This document shows, piece by piece, positions 34,986 through 44,552 of a stretch of 56,408 bases of DNA (position 1 is its first letter; every line of letters starts with the position of its first letter). Position numbers and translations under genes: made by a program. The stretch is taken from positions 1-56,408 of the forward strand of contig PFOR01000013.1 of the NCBI GenBank assembly GCA_002792635.1, given 5' to 3'. Origin of the DNA: Candidatus Pacearchaeota archaeon CG_4_10_14_0_2_um_filter_35_33. GTDB lineage: Archaea > Nanobdellota > Nanobdellia > Pacearchaeales > GW2011-AR1. The notes beneath the pieces were generated by a model that searched no databases, was not told where the DNA came from, and was given only the letters and a program-made list of their open reading frames with translations.

Positions 34986-37171
34986 TAGAATTAAAAGATT
35001 ATCAGGAAAAAGCAATAGAGAAATTAAAAGACGAAGTTAATGAGTTATTAGAATCTGATGATAGTAAAATCTGCGTCTTTAAATCTCCGACAGGTTCAGG
35101 AAAAACTTTAATGATGGCAGAAGCATTAAAGAGATTAGTAAGATTAAGAGAAGACAACAAAAAACTATCTTTTATTTGGATTTCTGTAAATAAACTCCAT
35201 GACCAAAGCAAAGATAGTTTAGACAGATATTACGAAGATATCAGAATAATAAAGTGTTCTAATTTTGAAGATTTGCAGGATAAAACAATAGATGAGAATG
35301 AGATTTTATTTTTTAATTGGCAGAGCATTAACAAGAAAGATAACATTTACATAAGAGAAAATGAACAAGATAATAACCTTTCCAATATTATAACAAATAC
35401 AAAAGATGAAGGAAGAGAAGTTATTTTAATAATTGATGAGAGCCATCATACAGCGAAAGCAGAAAAATCAAAAGAAGTTATTGAAGCAATAAATCCAAAA
35501 GTTACTATTGAAGTTTCAGCTACACCACAAATAAAAGACCTCTCCAGAATTGTTGAAGTTGATTTTAAGAAAGTTCAAGAAGAAGGCATGATTAAGAAAG
35601 AAGTTACAATAAATCCTGAAATTGATAAGATAAAAGTGGGTGGAAAAAGCACAGATGACATAGTTATTGATTCTGCATTAAAGAAAAGAAAGGAATTAAA
35701 AAAACTTTATGAGAAAGTCGGCTCAAATATTAATCCTCTTATTCTTATTCAGTTGCCAGACAGCAAAGCAGGAGTTCTTGACAGAAAAGACGAGGTTATA
35801 GAAACTCTAAAGAAAAAAGGAATAACAACAGACAATAGAAAATTAGCAATTTATCTTTCAGATAAAGATAGTAAGATTAATCTTGAGAACATAAGCAAAC
35901 CAGATAACGAAGTGGAAGTTTTATTATTCAAACAAGCGATAGCATTAGGATGGGATTGCCCAAGAGCACAGATTTTAGTTTTATTTAGAGATTGGAAAAG
36001 TATAGAGTTTTCAATTCAGACAATAGGCAGAATAATGAGGATGCCTGAATTTTATCATTATGATGAAAACGAGTTAAATAGGGGTTTTGTTTTTACGAAT
36101 TTATCAGATGTAAAAATTGCAGAGGATATAGCAAAGGACTACATTACAATTCACGAGGCAAAAAGAAGGGACGAGTATAAGGAGATTAAAATTAATTCTT
36201 CTTATTTGAAAAGACAAAGGGAGAAAACAAGATTATCTGGAGAATTTTCTAAGATATTTTTAGATGTTGCCAAAAAAGACAATTTGAAAGATAAGATAAA
36301 CAAAAATCCTTCTGATTTAGTTAATACTTTAATCATAGACGGACGAATAGTTAATTTGGATAAGATTCAAGATGTTAAATCTAAGAATCATTTAGAAGTT
36401 AAAAAGACAGCAAGGGAATTACAATACCATTTTGATTTATTTCTTCGTTCTGTCTGCACACCCTACGCTCCTGTTCGTTCAAGTGAAATAATTAGGACTT
36501 CTTTATATCGTTTTTTCGCTAAAGAAATTGTAATAGACGACTATACAGAAATTCAAAAGATTATTTTAGGAACAGAAAATAATCAGTATTTTATAGATTC
36601 TTTAAATAATGCTAAAGAAGTTTATGATAAAGAAGTTGTGCAAAAGCTAAAAGAAGAAAGAGAAAGCGAGGAGTATGTTTGGGAAGTTCCTGAATCTGTG
36701 ATGTATAACAGCAGAGCAAAAGAAGTGGATTATAAAAAATCTGTAATGAAACCTCACTTTACAAAAGCCGAAAGCACACCAGAAAAGGATTTTATCGGCT
36801 TTTTAGAAAAATCTGATAATGATGTAGTATGGTGGTATAAGAATGGAGAAGGAGAGAAAAAGTATTTTTCCGTTAAGTATAGAGATAGTAAAAAAGTTCC
36901 AAGAGGATTTTATGTTGATTTTATTGTTTTAACTAAAGATGGAAAGATAGGACTTTTTGATACAAAAGCAGGAAGAACAGCAGAAGATTCAAAACAAAAA
37001 GCCGAAGCCCTGCAAAAATACATAAAAGAACAAAATGAGAAGCATAATAAGAAGTTATGGGGTGGGATAGTCGTGCCGAAGAATGACAGCTTTAGATATA
37101 ACTCACAAGAGAAATATCAGTTTAATGAAGCAAATTTAGGAGAAGATTGGGATTTTTTGAGTTTTAGTTAA
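34982..37171 (+). CDS. res: Type III restriction enzyme Res subunit (SF2 helicase + PD-(D/E)xK-like C-terminus)
   Basis: FKSPTGSGKT, LIIDESHH, SATP, QTIGRIMR. C-terminal YVDFIVL..GLFDTKAG. 4-nt overlap with mod. Confidence 0.9.
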   Translation: MIELKDYQEKAIEKLKDEVNELLESDDSKICVFKSPTGSGKTLMMAEALKRLVRLREDNKKLSFIWISVNKLHDQSKDSLDRYYEDIRIIKCSNFEDLQDKTIDENEILFFNWQSINKKDNIYIRENEQDNNLSNIITNTKDEGREVILIIDESHHTAKAEKSKEVIEAINPKVTIEVSATPQIKDLSRIVEVDFKKVQEEGMIKKEVTINPEIDKIKVGGKSTDDIVIDSALKKRKELKKLYEKVGSNINPLILIQLPDSKAGVLDRKDEVIETLKKKGITTDNRKLAIYLSDKDSKINLENISKPDNEVEVLLFKQAIALGWDCPRAQILVLFRDWKSIEFSIQTIGRIMRMPEFYHYDENELNRGFVFTNLSDVKIAEDIAKDYITIHEAKRRDEYKEIKINSSYLKRQREKTRLSGEFSKIFLDVAKKDNLKDKINKNPSDLVNTLIIDGRIVNLDKIQDVKSKNHLEVKKTARELQYHFDLFLRSVCTPYAPVRSSEIIRTSLYRFFAKEIVIDDYTEIQKIILGTENNQYFIDSLNNAKEVYDKEVVQKLKEERESEEYVWEVPESVMYNSRAKEVDYKKSVMKPHFTKAESTPEKDFIGFLEKSDNDVVWWYKNGEGEKKYFSVKYRDSKKVPRGFYVDFIVLTKDGKIGLFDTKAGRTAEDSKQKAEALQKYIKEQNEKHNKKLWGGIVVPKNDSFRYNSQEKYQFNEANLGEDWDFLSFS

Positions 37172-37290
37172 GCTACCAACCGCTATGCGACACCTAAATC
37201 ATCAACCGAAAGTGCGACAACATCAACAAAGCATAGCTTTATAATGAGACTCACCATACTTTCAGACACAAATTAATTACTTTTCAGAGA

Positions 37291-39702
37291 TTACTCCACA
37301 AAAATCCCTGGCCTTCCGGGCTTCACCTTCTTTGATTTTCCTTGAGGGTCATACTTCTTGGAATCATTAACTGCAAACACCTTAACAGGTAATCCAACTT
37401 TCTCGCTCAAAAATCCTTCATCATAATTTTTAACTTCCTGAGGAAGAACGTAAACGTAAACTTTCTCTCCCTTGCCAATCAATTTCAAAACGTGTGCGAT
37501 ATCATTAACAGTCTTGCTTAGGGCTTCATCTGCTTTCTCAATTGAATCATTAATCTTCTTCTCATCAAACTTAGGCCAACTACTTTTAGAAACCAATCCC
37601 TTTCCGAATCTAGACCATAATTCCTCCCCGACATGCGGGCAAAATACAGAAAGCATCTTAACAAACGATTCCATATCTTTCTTCGAACATCCAGATTCAA
37701 TCACATCAAATACCTTTCTCAATTTTATAACAGCTAAATTATATTTCATATATTCAATATCTTCTGCAATTTCCTTAATCGATTTATTAACATAATGTTC
37801 AACCCTTTCATCACTCTTCTTAGCCCTCCATTTATGCTTCATAACTCTCATCAAAAATCTCAAACTTCCTTCAATTCCTTTATCACTCCAATTAAAATCT
37901 TTATCAGACGAGGCAACAGAAACCAAAAATAATCTTAACGTATCTGCCCCATACTTTTCAATTATCTTCAATGGCTCAATAACATTCCCTCTGCTTTTAC
38001 TCATTTTCTCTCCATCTTTGGCATGAACAATTCCTTGTGTGAAATACCTCCTAACAGGTTCATCTATCTGGATTAGTCCTAAATCTCTCAAGAATTTAGT
38101 ATAAAATCTGGCATATATCAAATGCATCGTTATATGCTCAGGCCCTCCAATATAAAAGTCAACAGGCATCCAGTAATTCGCCTTCTTCGAATCAAATATC
38201 CTCTTATTATTTCCAGAATCTGTATATCTTAAGAAATACCAGCTGCTATTAGCAAAAGTATCCATTGTGTCTGTTTCCCTTCTTGCTCCTCCAGAACATT
38301 TAGGACATTTCACTTTAATCCAACTCTCATTAGTCAATAAAGGATTCCCTTTTCCAAATTCGACTTTCTTTGGAAGTTTAACAGGCAAATCTTTCTCTCT
38401 TACGGTCTGTATCCCACATTTATCACAATAGATAATTGGAATCGGGGTTCCCCAATACCTCTGTCTAGAAATCAACCAATCACGAAGTCTAAATGCTTTC
38501 TTCTTCCTTCCCAAATTCTTCATCTGCAAGGCATTAGTAATATGGTTCTTCGCCTCCTCACTCTTCAATCCATCAAACCCTTCTGAATTAACCAAAACAC
38601 CATATCCACTAAACGGCAACTTATCCGCTTCAACAACTTTCTTTATCTCCAATTGATACTTCTTAGCGAAATCATAATCTCTTTCATCATGCCCTGGTAC
38701 TGCCATCACCATTCCACTTCCATAATCAGCAACAACAAAATTACCGGTCCATATCGGGATTTCTTCTCCGGTTAAAGGATGTTGAGCATAGCTTCCAGTA
38801 AACACACCTTCCTTTTCCAGCTTGTCCATGTCTTCCTGCTTAGTACTCTTAATCTTCTTCAAAAATTTCCTTACATCGGTCTCCTGTTCTTTTGTAACAA
38901 GACTCATCAACTCAGGGTGTTGGGCTGAAATCACCAGGAAGGTTACACCAAATAAAGTATCAACTCTTGTTGTAAACACCTTCCATAAATTTCCATTAAC
39001 ATCAAAATCAACTTCCGTACCCTCACTTCTACCAATCCAATTTCTCTGAAGTTTCTTGGCCCTCTCACTCCAATCCAATTTATCCAAGCCATCGACTAAC
39101 TCATCGGCATAATCAGTTATCTTCAAAAACCATTGTTCCAATTGCTTCACTTCAACTTCTTGCTCCTCATGCCTCCAACACCTGCCATTAACAACCTGCT
39201 CATTCGCCAGAACTGTCTGACATTTTCCACACCAATTCACTCCTGATTTCTTTCTATATGCTAATCCTCGTTCAAACATCTTCAAAAAAATCCATTGATC
39301 CCACTTATAGAAATCAGAGTCATCTGTTCTTACAATTCTACTCCAATCATAACTCCACCCCATCGCTTTCTGCTGTTTCATAAAATTAGCAGTCGTCCTC
39401 TTGTTGTAATCCATAGGGTGCTCTTTATATTTTATTGCCGCATTTTCTGCTGGAAGACCAAGAGCATCATATCCCATAGGATAAAGAACATTAAACCCTT
39501 GTAATCTCTTAAACCTGGCATAAATATCGCCAAGAGTAAAGACAAACGCGTGTCCTATGTGCAACCCCTCTCCGGATGGATATGGAAACATATCCAACAC
39601 ATAATACTTCTCCTTTTGATTCCTAGTAACTGCAAACGCCTTCTCCTTCTCCCAGCGCTTCTGCCACTTTCTTTCTATCTTTCCAAAATCTATCATCTTC
39701 AT
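37291..39702 (-). CDS. leuS: Leucyl-tRNA synthetase, bacterial-type
   Basis: MFPYPSGEGLHIGH, PMGYDALGLPAENAAIK, VNWCGKCQTVLANEQV, QRNWIGRSEG, KMSKSRGN. Start set at MKMIDFGK; the track ORF extends to 39780. Confidence 0.95.
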   Translation of the reverse strand: MKMIDFGKIERKWQKRWEKEKAFAVTRNQKEKYYVLDMFPYPSGEGLHIGHAFVFTLGDIYARFKRLQGFNVLYPMGYDALGLPAENAAIKYKEHPMDYNKRTTANFMKQQKAMGWSYDWSRIVRTDDSDFYKWDQWIFLKMFERGLAYRKKSGVNWCGKCQTVLANEQVVNGRCWRHEEQEVEVKQLEQWFLKITDYADELVDGLDKLDWSERAKKLQRNWIGRSEGTEVDFDVNGNLWKVFTTRVDTLFGVTFLVISAQHPELMSLVTKEQETDVRKFLKKIKSTKQEDMDKLEKEGVFTGSYAQHPLTGEEIPIWTGNFVVADYGSGMVMAVPGHDERDYDFAKKYQLEIKKVVEADKLPFSGYGVLVNSEGFDGLKSEEAKNHITNALQMKNLGRKKKAFRLRDWLISRQRYWGTPIPIIYCDKCGIQTVREKDLPVKLPKKVEFGKGNPLLTNESWIKVKCPKCSGGARRETDTMDTFANSSWYFLRYTDSGNNKRIFDSKKANYWMPVDFYIGGPEHITMHLIYARFYTKFLRDLGLIQIDEPVRRYFTQGIVHAKDGEKMSKSRGNVIEPLKIIEKYGADTLRLFLVSVASSDKDFNWSDKGIEGSLRFLMRVMKHKWRAKKSDERVEHYVNKSIKEIAEDIEYMKYNLAVIKLRKVFDVIESGCSKKDMESFVKMLSVFCPHVGEELWSRFGKGLVSKSSWPKFDEKKINDSIEKADEALSKTVNDIAHVLKLIGKGEKVYVYVLPQEVKNYDEGFLSEKVGLPVKVFAVNDSKKYDPQGKSKKVKPGRPGIFVE

Positions 39703-39720
39703 ACCCTTCTCAACTCTCAC

Positions 39721-39750
39721 CCAATTATAAATTTTCCCATAATTTAAATA
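39721..39750. promoter_or_regulatory. Back-to-back TATA boxes for divergent leuS and endA
   Basis: Minus-strand aaaatttataatt about 25 nt from 39702. Plus-strand aatttaaata about 26 nt from ATG 39772. Confidence 0.4.
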
Positions 39751-39771
39751 TCCTTCATCCTTAAACAAAGT

Positions 39772-40284
39772 ATGATACAAGCCAAGTTATCCAGAGACAA
39801 ATTATATTCAAATAGTACTTTCGCATTTTCCTTATTTGAAAAATCAAGGTTCGGAGAAAAGAAACCAAACAAGATAGAATACTCTGGATATGAAGCCCTC
39901 TTCCTATTACAACAAAAAAAACTAAAAATATTTCAAAATAAAAAACAATTAACAGAAGACCAACTCCTATCAAGATTAAAAAGAAAGGACAAAAATTTTG
40001 AAACTAAATCTCTCGTTTTCAATTATCTAAGAAAAAAGGGATATATAGTTAAAACAGCCCTAAAATTTGGGGCGGACTTTCGCGTCTATCAGAAAGGTAT
40101 CAAACCTGGCCAGGACCATGCCCTATGGTTAGTCCATTGTGTTCGAGAATCGGAAAAAATCAGCTGGTACGAATTTTCAGCCAAAAACAGAGTAGCTCAT
40201 TCATCTAGAAAAACCCTTTTACTAGCTATTGTAGATGATGAATCTGGAATCATATTCTACGAAATTGCCTGGAAGAAGCCTTAG
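39772..40284 (+). CDS. endA: tRNA-splicing endonuclease
   Basis: GYIVKTALKFGADFRVYQKG, HALWLVHCV, RVAHSSRKTLLLAIVDD. Confidence 0.85.
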   Translation: MIQAKLSRDKLYSNSTFAFSLFEKSRFGEKKPNKIEYSGYEALFLLQQKKLKIFQNKKQLTEDQLLSRLKRKDKNFETKSLVFNYLRKKGYIVKTALKFGADFRVYQKGIKPGQDHALWLVHCVRESEKISWYEFSAKNRVAHSSRKTLLLAIVDDESGIIFYEIAWKKP

Positions 40285-40323
40285 ACATAACAATATTTAT
40301 ATTCTCAAGCTCTAACTATTTCC

Positions 40324-41229
40324 ATGCCTGATGTACAAAAAGTGGTGGAAACAAAAGATAAAATAATGTCAACCATAAAAGAAAAAGGTCCGACATACCC
40401 TGCAAGAATTGCTAGAGACGCTGGCCTTTCTCCCTTATTCACTTCAGCATTTCTATCAGAATTAGTGAAAGAAAGAAAACTAAAACTATCGAACATGAAA
40501 GTTGGATCTAGCCCAATTTATTACATAGAAGGTCAAGAAGAACAACTAGCAGACTTCGCAGAATACCTTAATCATAAAGAAAGAGAAGCATTTGAAACAT
40601 TAAAAAAACAAGAAATTCTAAAGGATGATGACCAACAACCAGCAATCCGTGTTGCCCTAAGAAAGCTAAAAGACTTCGCAATTCCTGTTCAAGTAAGAAT
40701 TGACGGAGAATCCCAATTATTCTGGCGCTACTTTCAATTTCCGGACTCTCAAACTAGGGGGAAAATCAGGGATTTGCTAAGCCCTTCACAAACACCCCAA
40801 GAACCAAAACCACAAAAGCCAATAACCAAAGAAAAACCAAAAACGGAAAACGCCGAAGAAAAACCAACACAAACCCAAGAAACCATAATTAAACCCCGAA
40901 AACCAAAACAAACAACATCAGAATTCGCAGAATCCATTAAAGATTATCTAGCAGCCAAAGATGTTGAAGTCCTTGAAGAGTTATCTGTCAAGAAAAAAGA
41001 ATTCCAAGCCAAGGTAAGAACAGACACCTTATTCGGAAAACAAGAATACCTTCTAACAGCCAAAGACAAGAAAAAAATATCTCAGGATGATTTAACTATA
41101 GCAACTCAAAATGCTCAGGGAAAAAGAATGCAAGCCCTATTCCTCACACCAGGCCAATTAGACACAAAAGCCAAAGATTATTTAGAAGCCTGGCGAAACA
41201 TAATAAAATTCGAGAAAATCAAAATATAA
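40324..41229 (+). CDS. Winged-helix protein (TFE/RPC34-like N-terminus), low-complexity linker, uncharacterised C-terminal domain
   Basis: GPTYPARIARDAGLSPLFTSAFLSELVKERKLKLSNMKVGSSPIYY, then a PQEPKPQKP linker. Confidence 0.45.
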   Translation: MPDVQKVVETKDKIMSTIKEKGPTYPARIARDAGLSPLFTSAFLSELVKERKLKLSNMKVGSSPIYYIEGQEEQLADFAEYLNHKEREAFETLKKQEILKDDDQQPAIRVALRKLKDFAIPVQVRIDGESQLFWRYFQFPDSQTRGKIRDLLSPSQTPQEPKPQKPITKEKPKTENAEEKPTQTQETIIKPRKPKQTTSEFAESIKDYLAAKDVEVLEELSVKKKEFQAKVRTDTLFGKQEYLLTAKDKKKISQDDLTIATQNAQGKRMQALFLTPGQLDTKAKDYLEAWRNIIKFEKIKI

Positions 41230-41261
41230 ACCTTTAAAAACTCTCTCCCTCAACACTAATC

Positions 41262-41492
41262 ATGGGTAGAATAAAATCTGCACTAATCAAGAGAACCTCT
41301 CATCAGCTATTGAAAGAGGATAATGATTTTACAGACAGTTTTGACTATAATAAGAAATTACTTAAAGATACGATGCCTAGTAAAAAGACCAGAAATAAGA
41401 TAGCTGGGTATCTAGCAAGGCTCAAAAAAGCTGAGACTAAGAAACACGAGAAAGATGCCTCACCAACCCAACCAAAGCCCGAAGAACGATAA
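41262..41492 (+). CDS. rps17e: Ribosomal protein eS17
   Basis: MGRIKSALIKRTSHQLL..NKKLL..SKKTRNKIAGYLARL. Confidence 0.9.
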   Translation: MGRIKSALIKRTSHQLLKEDNDFTDSFDYNKKLLKDTMPSKKTRNKIAGYLARLKKAETKKHEKDASPTQPKPEER

Positions 41493-41760
41493 TTCCGTAT
41501 TTATTGGAAATAAGCCTATAATGAATTATGTAACCAGTGCTGTAATACAATTAAAAAACGGTTCCCCTGAAATCACAATCAAAGCAAGAGGAAAATTCAT
41601 CTCAAAGGCAGTCGATGTCGCGGAAATAACCAGGAAAAGATTCCTCAAGGAACTTAACTTACAAGTAAATGACATCCAGATAGACACAGAGGAATACCAA
41701 CAAAACGATAAGGAAATCAAAGTTTCTACAATAGATATTACAATTTCTAAATCTAACTAG
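41455..41760 (+). CDS. albA: Chromatin protein Alba
   Basis: NSVFIGNKPIMNYVTSAVIQL..ITIKARGKFISKAVDVAEITRKRF. 38-nt overlap with rps17e. Confidence 0.9.
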   Translation: MPHQPNQSPKNDNSVFIGNKPIMNYVTSAVIQLKNGSPEITIKARGKFISKAVDVAEITRKRFLKELNLQVNDIQIDTEEYQQNDKEIKVSTIDITISKSN

Positions 41761-41794
41761 GAACACTTAAAAACCATTTATTATTTCTACTCGA

Positions 41795-41867
41795 GACGCT
41801 GTAGTGTAGCGGTTAACACGCGGCTCTCATGAGGCCGAGATCGAGGGTTCAACTCCCTCCAGCGTCA
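41795..41867 (+). tRNA. tRNA-Met(CAT) (elongator type, or Ile2 if C34-modified); no encoded CCA
   Basis: Acceptor GACGCTG/CAGCGTC, D GTGT/ACAC, anticodon stem CGGCT/GGCCG with loop CTCATGA, T GAGGG-TTCAACT-CCCTC. Confidence 0.85.
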
Positions 41868-41949
41868 TATTTTTCTCAAACTTAGAATTCAATTCTCTGC
41901 ATTTTTAAAAACTATAACTATTGTCGTATTCAACAAAGCCCGAAAATCT

Positions 41950-42431
41950 CTACTTACGTTTATTCTTAATAAAACCAACTTTTTTTCAAACAATGATAAA
42001 TTTTCTTTCCCGCTAAATTGAAATTTTTATCTATCTTGAACTTTCTTCCAACGATAATCGTATTTATTCCGCTTACATTTATAAAAACGTCCCTTCAAGC
42101 CCAACTTAATAAGATAATCGTGAATTTGAGACAATAACTCCTTACATATAGCCTGTGACTCCAGCATTGGATAATATTAAGTTGAATTCTTTGTCAAGAC
42201 TAAACTACCATCTGTTGCAAAGAATCCCTGAATTATATATCTAATCAATCCAGTTTCGTAAAAGTAATCTGGAATTGTAACTTTTCTTCCTTTTTTACCG
42301 ATAGGAAACCCATAAGGATGAATCAAATCAAATAGCCTGTAATCTGTGAAATTAAAAACATAACCATTATAACTCCTCAATCCCTCTAAACAACATGAAC
42401 CAATTAGAAAAAGAGTTGAAAAGATACACAA
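41950..42431 (-). pseudogene. LAGLIDADG homing-endonuclease remnant (truncated N-terminus, in-frame stops)
   Basis: ..GFPIGKKGRKVTIPDYFYETGLIRYIIQGFFATDGSLVLTKNST*YYPMLESQAICKELLSQIHDYLIKLGLKGRF..* then ..VGFIKNKRK* in a further broken frame. Confidence 0.55.
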
Positions 42432-42607
42432 CAGCAGAAAAAATACTATTCTTTTTTGACATCATACTTGCAATAGCAATCATAATTACAACCAGGACAT
42501 TGCTAGAAACACAATTCGGAAAAGCAGTATTAACATTCGGGATAATCATGCTTGCCCTAATAACATCGCTAAAAATACTAAGATTATGGGGCCCTGGGAA
42601 ATACTAA
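42395..42607 (+). CDS. Small two-TM membrane protein
   Basis: Two clear hydrophobic helices. Overlaps the upstream end of the LAGLIDADG remnant. Confidence 0.35.
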   Translation: MNQLEKELKRYTTAEKILFFFDIILAIAIIITTRTLLETQFGKAVLTFGIIMLALITSLKILRLWGPGKY

Positions 42608-42981
42608 CCTCCCACCCTACTAACTAGCCTAACCCCGTCCCCTTCTTTCCTTGGAACTATATGAATATGGGCATGCATCACTACTTGTCCAGCGACTTCC
42701 AAATTGTTCATCACTATATTAAATCCATCTCCAAACTTTTCTTCCATAAGTCTTTCAGCCACTTTCTTAACAAAATTCAACATTTCAACCCCTAACTTAT
42801 CAGGAATATCTAATAATGTAACAAAATGCTTTTTAGGAACAACTAGAGTATGCCCTTCATTAACTGGACTGCCATCCCTAAATGCAACAAAGTTATCACT
42901 CTCATAAAAAGGCCCTTTCTTTATCTCTTTTTTAGCAATCTTGCAAAATATACAATTTTTATCTTTCATTCTAATTTTCAA
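42604..42981 (-). CDS. HIT-family (histidine triad) nucleotide hydrolase
   Basis: CIFCKI.., GQVVMHAHIHIVPR. Confidence 0.9.
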   Translation of the reverse strand: MKIRMKDKNCIFCKIAKKEIKKGPFYESDNFVAFRDGSPVNEGHTLVVPKKHFVTLLDIPDKLGVEMLNFVKKVAERLMEEKFGDGFNIVMNNLEVAGQVVMHAHIHIVPRKEGDGVRLVSRVGG

Positions 42982-43771
42982 ATATGCTACTATAAAAACT
43001 TTCTCTCAACATCTCTCTATTAACATCTTCTTTTCCAGGTCTACTAAACCAACCCTTCTTTTTTTCCTTTATCCCAATCATGGCGGCAGCCAACTTGCCT
43101 ACTTCCTTGCTAAATTGGCTTTTCCTGGAAAACAAAGGCATTGGAATTCTATGATACAAACTTAGGTTCACTTTCCTATTTTCCATAATCTTCGCAACAA
43201 CCGGAACACCCACACTTTCCTGAACCTCTCCCAAACTAATTTGGCTATTCCCTTTATGAACTCTATTTAAAATCATTCCTGAAATTTCTGCACCTCTATT
43301 CCTCGCTACCTTCGTAATTTTCATGCTACAGCTCAAAGTAGGATAGTCTGGCGTACTGACAAGAAATAAACTATCGCTAGCGAGCATGGAAGAAATAATT
43401 TCCTCATTTAACGCTGGACTAGAATCAATAATAACAAAATCATAACCTCTCTTCAGAGAAGCCAGCTTCGCTCTTAACTTCATTGGGTTAAAATCCCTAT
43501 TAAACATGAAATTCCCTGGAATAACATCGACATTATATTTTTCATGAACTGCAGCACTCATCCTGGTTCTTGAAGATGAAAGAGCATCATGCACGGTCTT
43601 CCCAGGAGAAATAATATCCATGTGTAACCCAAGATTAGGAGCAGAATAATTCCCATCTACTAACAAAACCCTTTTCCCATAAGTATTCGCCAATTCAGTT
43701 GCAAGAGACGCCGATAGTGTGGTCTTCCCAACTCCACCTTTCAATGAAACAAAGCTTATCACCCTTCCCAT
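42971..43771 (-). CDS. MinD/ParA-family P-loop ATPase
   Basis: Deviant Walker A SLKGGVGKTT; VIIDSSPAL. Confidence 0.85.
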   Translation of the reverse strand: MGRVISFVSLKGGVGKTTLSASLATELANTYGKRVLLVDGNYSAPNLGLHMDIISPGKTVHDALSSSRTRMSAAVHEKYNVDVIPGNFMFNRDFNPMKLRAKLASLKRGYDFVIIDSSPALNEEIISSMLASDSLFLVSTPDYPTLSCSMKITKVARNRGAEISGMILNRVHKGNSQISLGEVQESVGVPVVAKIMENRKVNLSLYHRIPMPLFSRKSQFSKEVGKLAAAMIGIKEKKKGWFSRPGKEDVNREMLRESFYSSIFEN

Positions 43772-43801
43772 CTCAGGATTAATTAAAAGAAATTTATAAA
43801 C

Positions 43802-44551
43802 CTAATGTCCAAGCAAAGAGGTAGCAAAATATAAGACGACTAATCCCAAAACAAAAAATACCAATGCTAAAAATGCCTTTCCTGGCTTTTCTTCCTTCGA
43901 AAGTTCAGGAATCAAATCTGAGGCGGCAATATACAAAAAGCTACCTGCAACAATTGGCAACAAAATTTCGACAAACTCTGCATCCTTCAAAATAAACCAT
44001 CCCAGAACTGCCCCAACGACGGCAAATAAAGCACTAAGAAAATTCAATAACAATGCTTTCTTCCTACTAAATCCAGAATAAATTAAGATTCCAAAATCTC
44101 CAATTTCCTGTGGCACTTCATGCGTAATTACTGCAATTGTAGTTGCAATTCCAACAGGAATAGAAACAATATAACCTACGGCTATCAAAACTCCATCCAA
44201 AAGATTATGGACTCCATCACCTATCAAATTTAAAATTCCGAAATTTTTCTTATGTCCGTGCTCTTCATGTTTTCCAGTCTTATGACAATGATGCCAATAC
44301 AAACCTTTTTCCAAAACAAAAAATAATGCGAATCCAGTCATTAATAAGATACTAAACATTAAAGGCTCCATTGACTCTAAAGCCTCGGGCATTATATGAA
44401 AAAACGCATTCCCTAACATCGCACCAGCAGCAAATGCAATCAAAATAAACAATATCTTTTCCAAAAGATTCTTATTGACACTCAAAAATAAGATTCCGAT
44501 AAACGCCAATAAGCTCACAATCAGACTGCTTATCAATACATAACTAAACAT
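43802..44551 (-). CDS. ZIP-family divalent metal transporter (ZupT-like)
   Basis: HEVPQEIGDFGIL and a His-rich loop HHCHKTGKHEEHGHKK. Start set at MFSYVLIS, just after the glyS stop. Confidence 0.85.
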   Translation of the reverse strand: MFSYVLISSLIVSLLAFIGILFLSVNKNLLEKILFILIAFAAGAMLGNAFFHIMPEALESMEPLMFSILLMTGFALFFVLEKGLYWHHCHKTGKHEEHGHKKNFGILNLIGDGVHNLLDGVLIAVGYIVSIPVGIATTIAVITHEVPQEIGDFGILIYSGFSRKKALLLNFLSALFAVVGAVLGWFILKDAEFVEILLPIVAGSFLYIAASDLIPELSKEEKPGKAFLALVFFVLGLVVLYFATSLLGH

Positions 44552-44552
44552 T

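Larger units (their letters stand above)
31214..37224. mobile_element. 6.0-kb transposon carrying transposase, three small genes and a type III R-M system; flanked by a 9-bp TSD
   Basis: IR-L gatgatgtcgca (31214..31225) versus reverse complement of IR-R tgcgacaacatc (37213..37224), 11/12 match. TSD aacaaagca at 31205..31213 and 37225..37233. CAACC-N4-5-TGCGACA motif twice at each end. Confidence 0.75.

Noticed and set aside
39703-39780. 26-aa N-terminal extension of LeuRS given by the ORF track
   Set aside because: The canonical LeuRS N-terminus begins at MKMIDFGKIERKW. A TATA-like box sits about 25 nt upstream of that ATG, and the longer form would overlap the endA start.
41455-41492. 38-nt overlap of albA with rps17e as a sign of mis-annotation or frameshift
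   Set aside because: Both frames carry complete, recognisable family sequences, and no alternative start for Alba exists before the conserved NSVFIGNKP block. I accept it as a real overlap.
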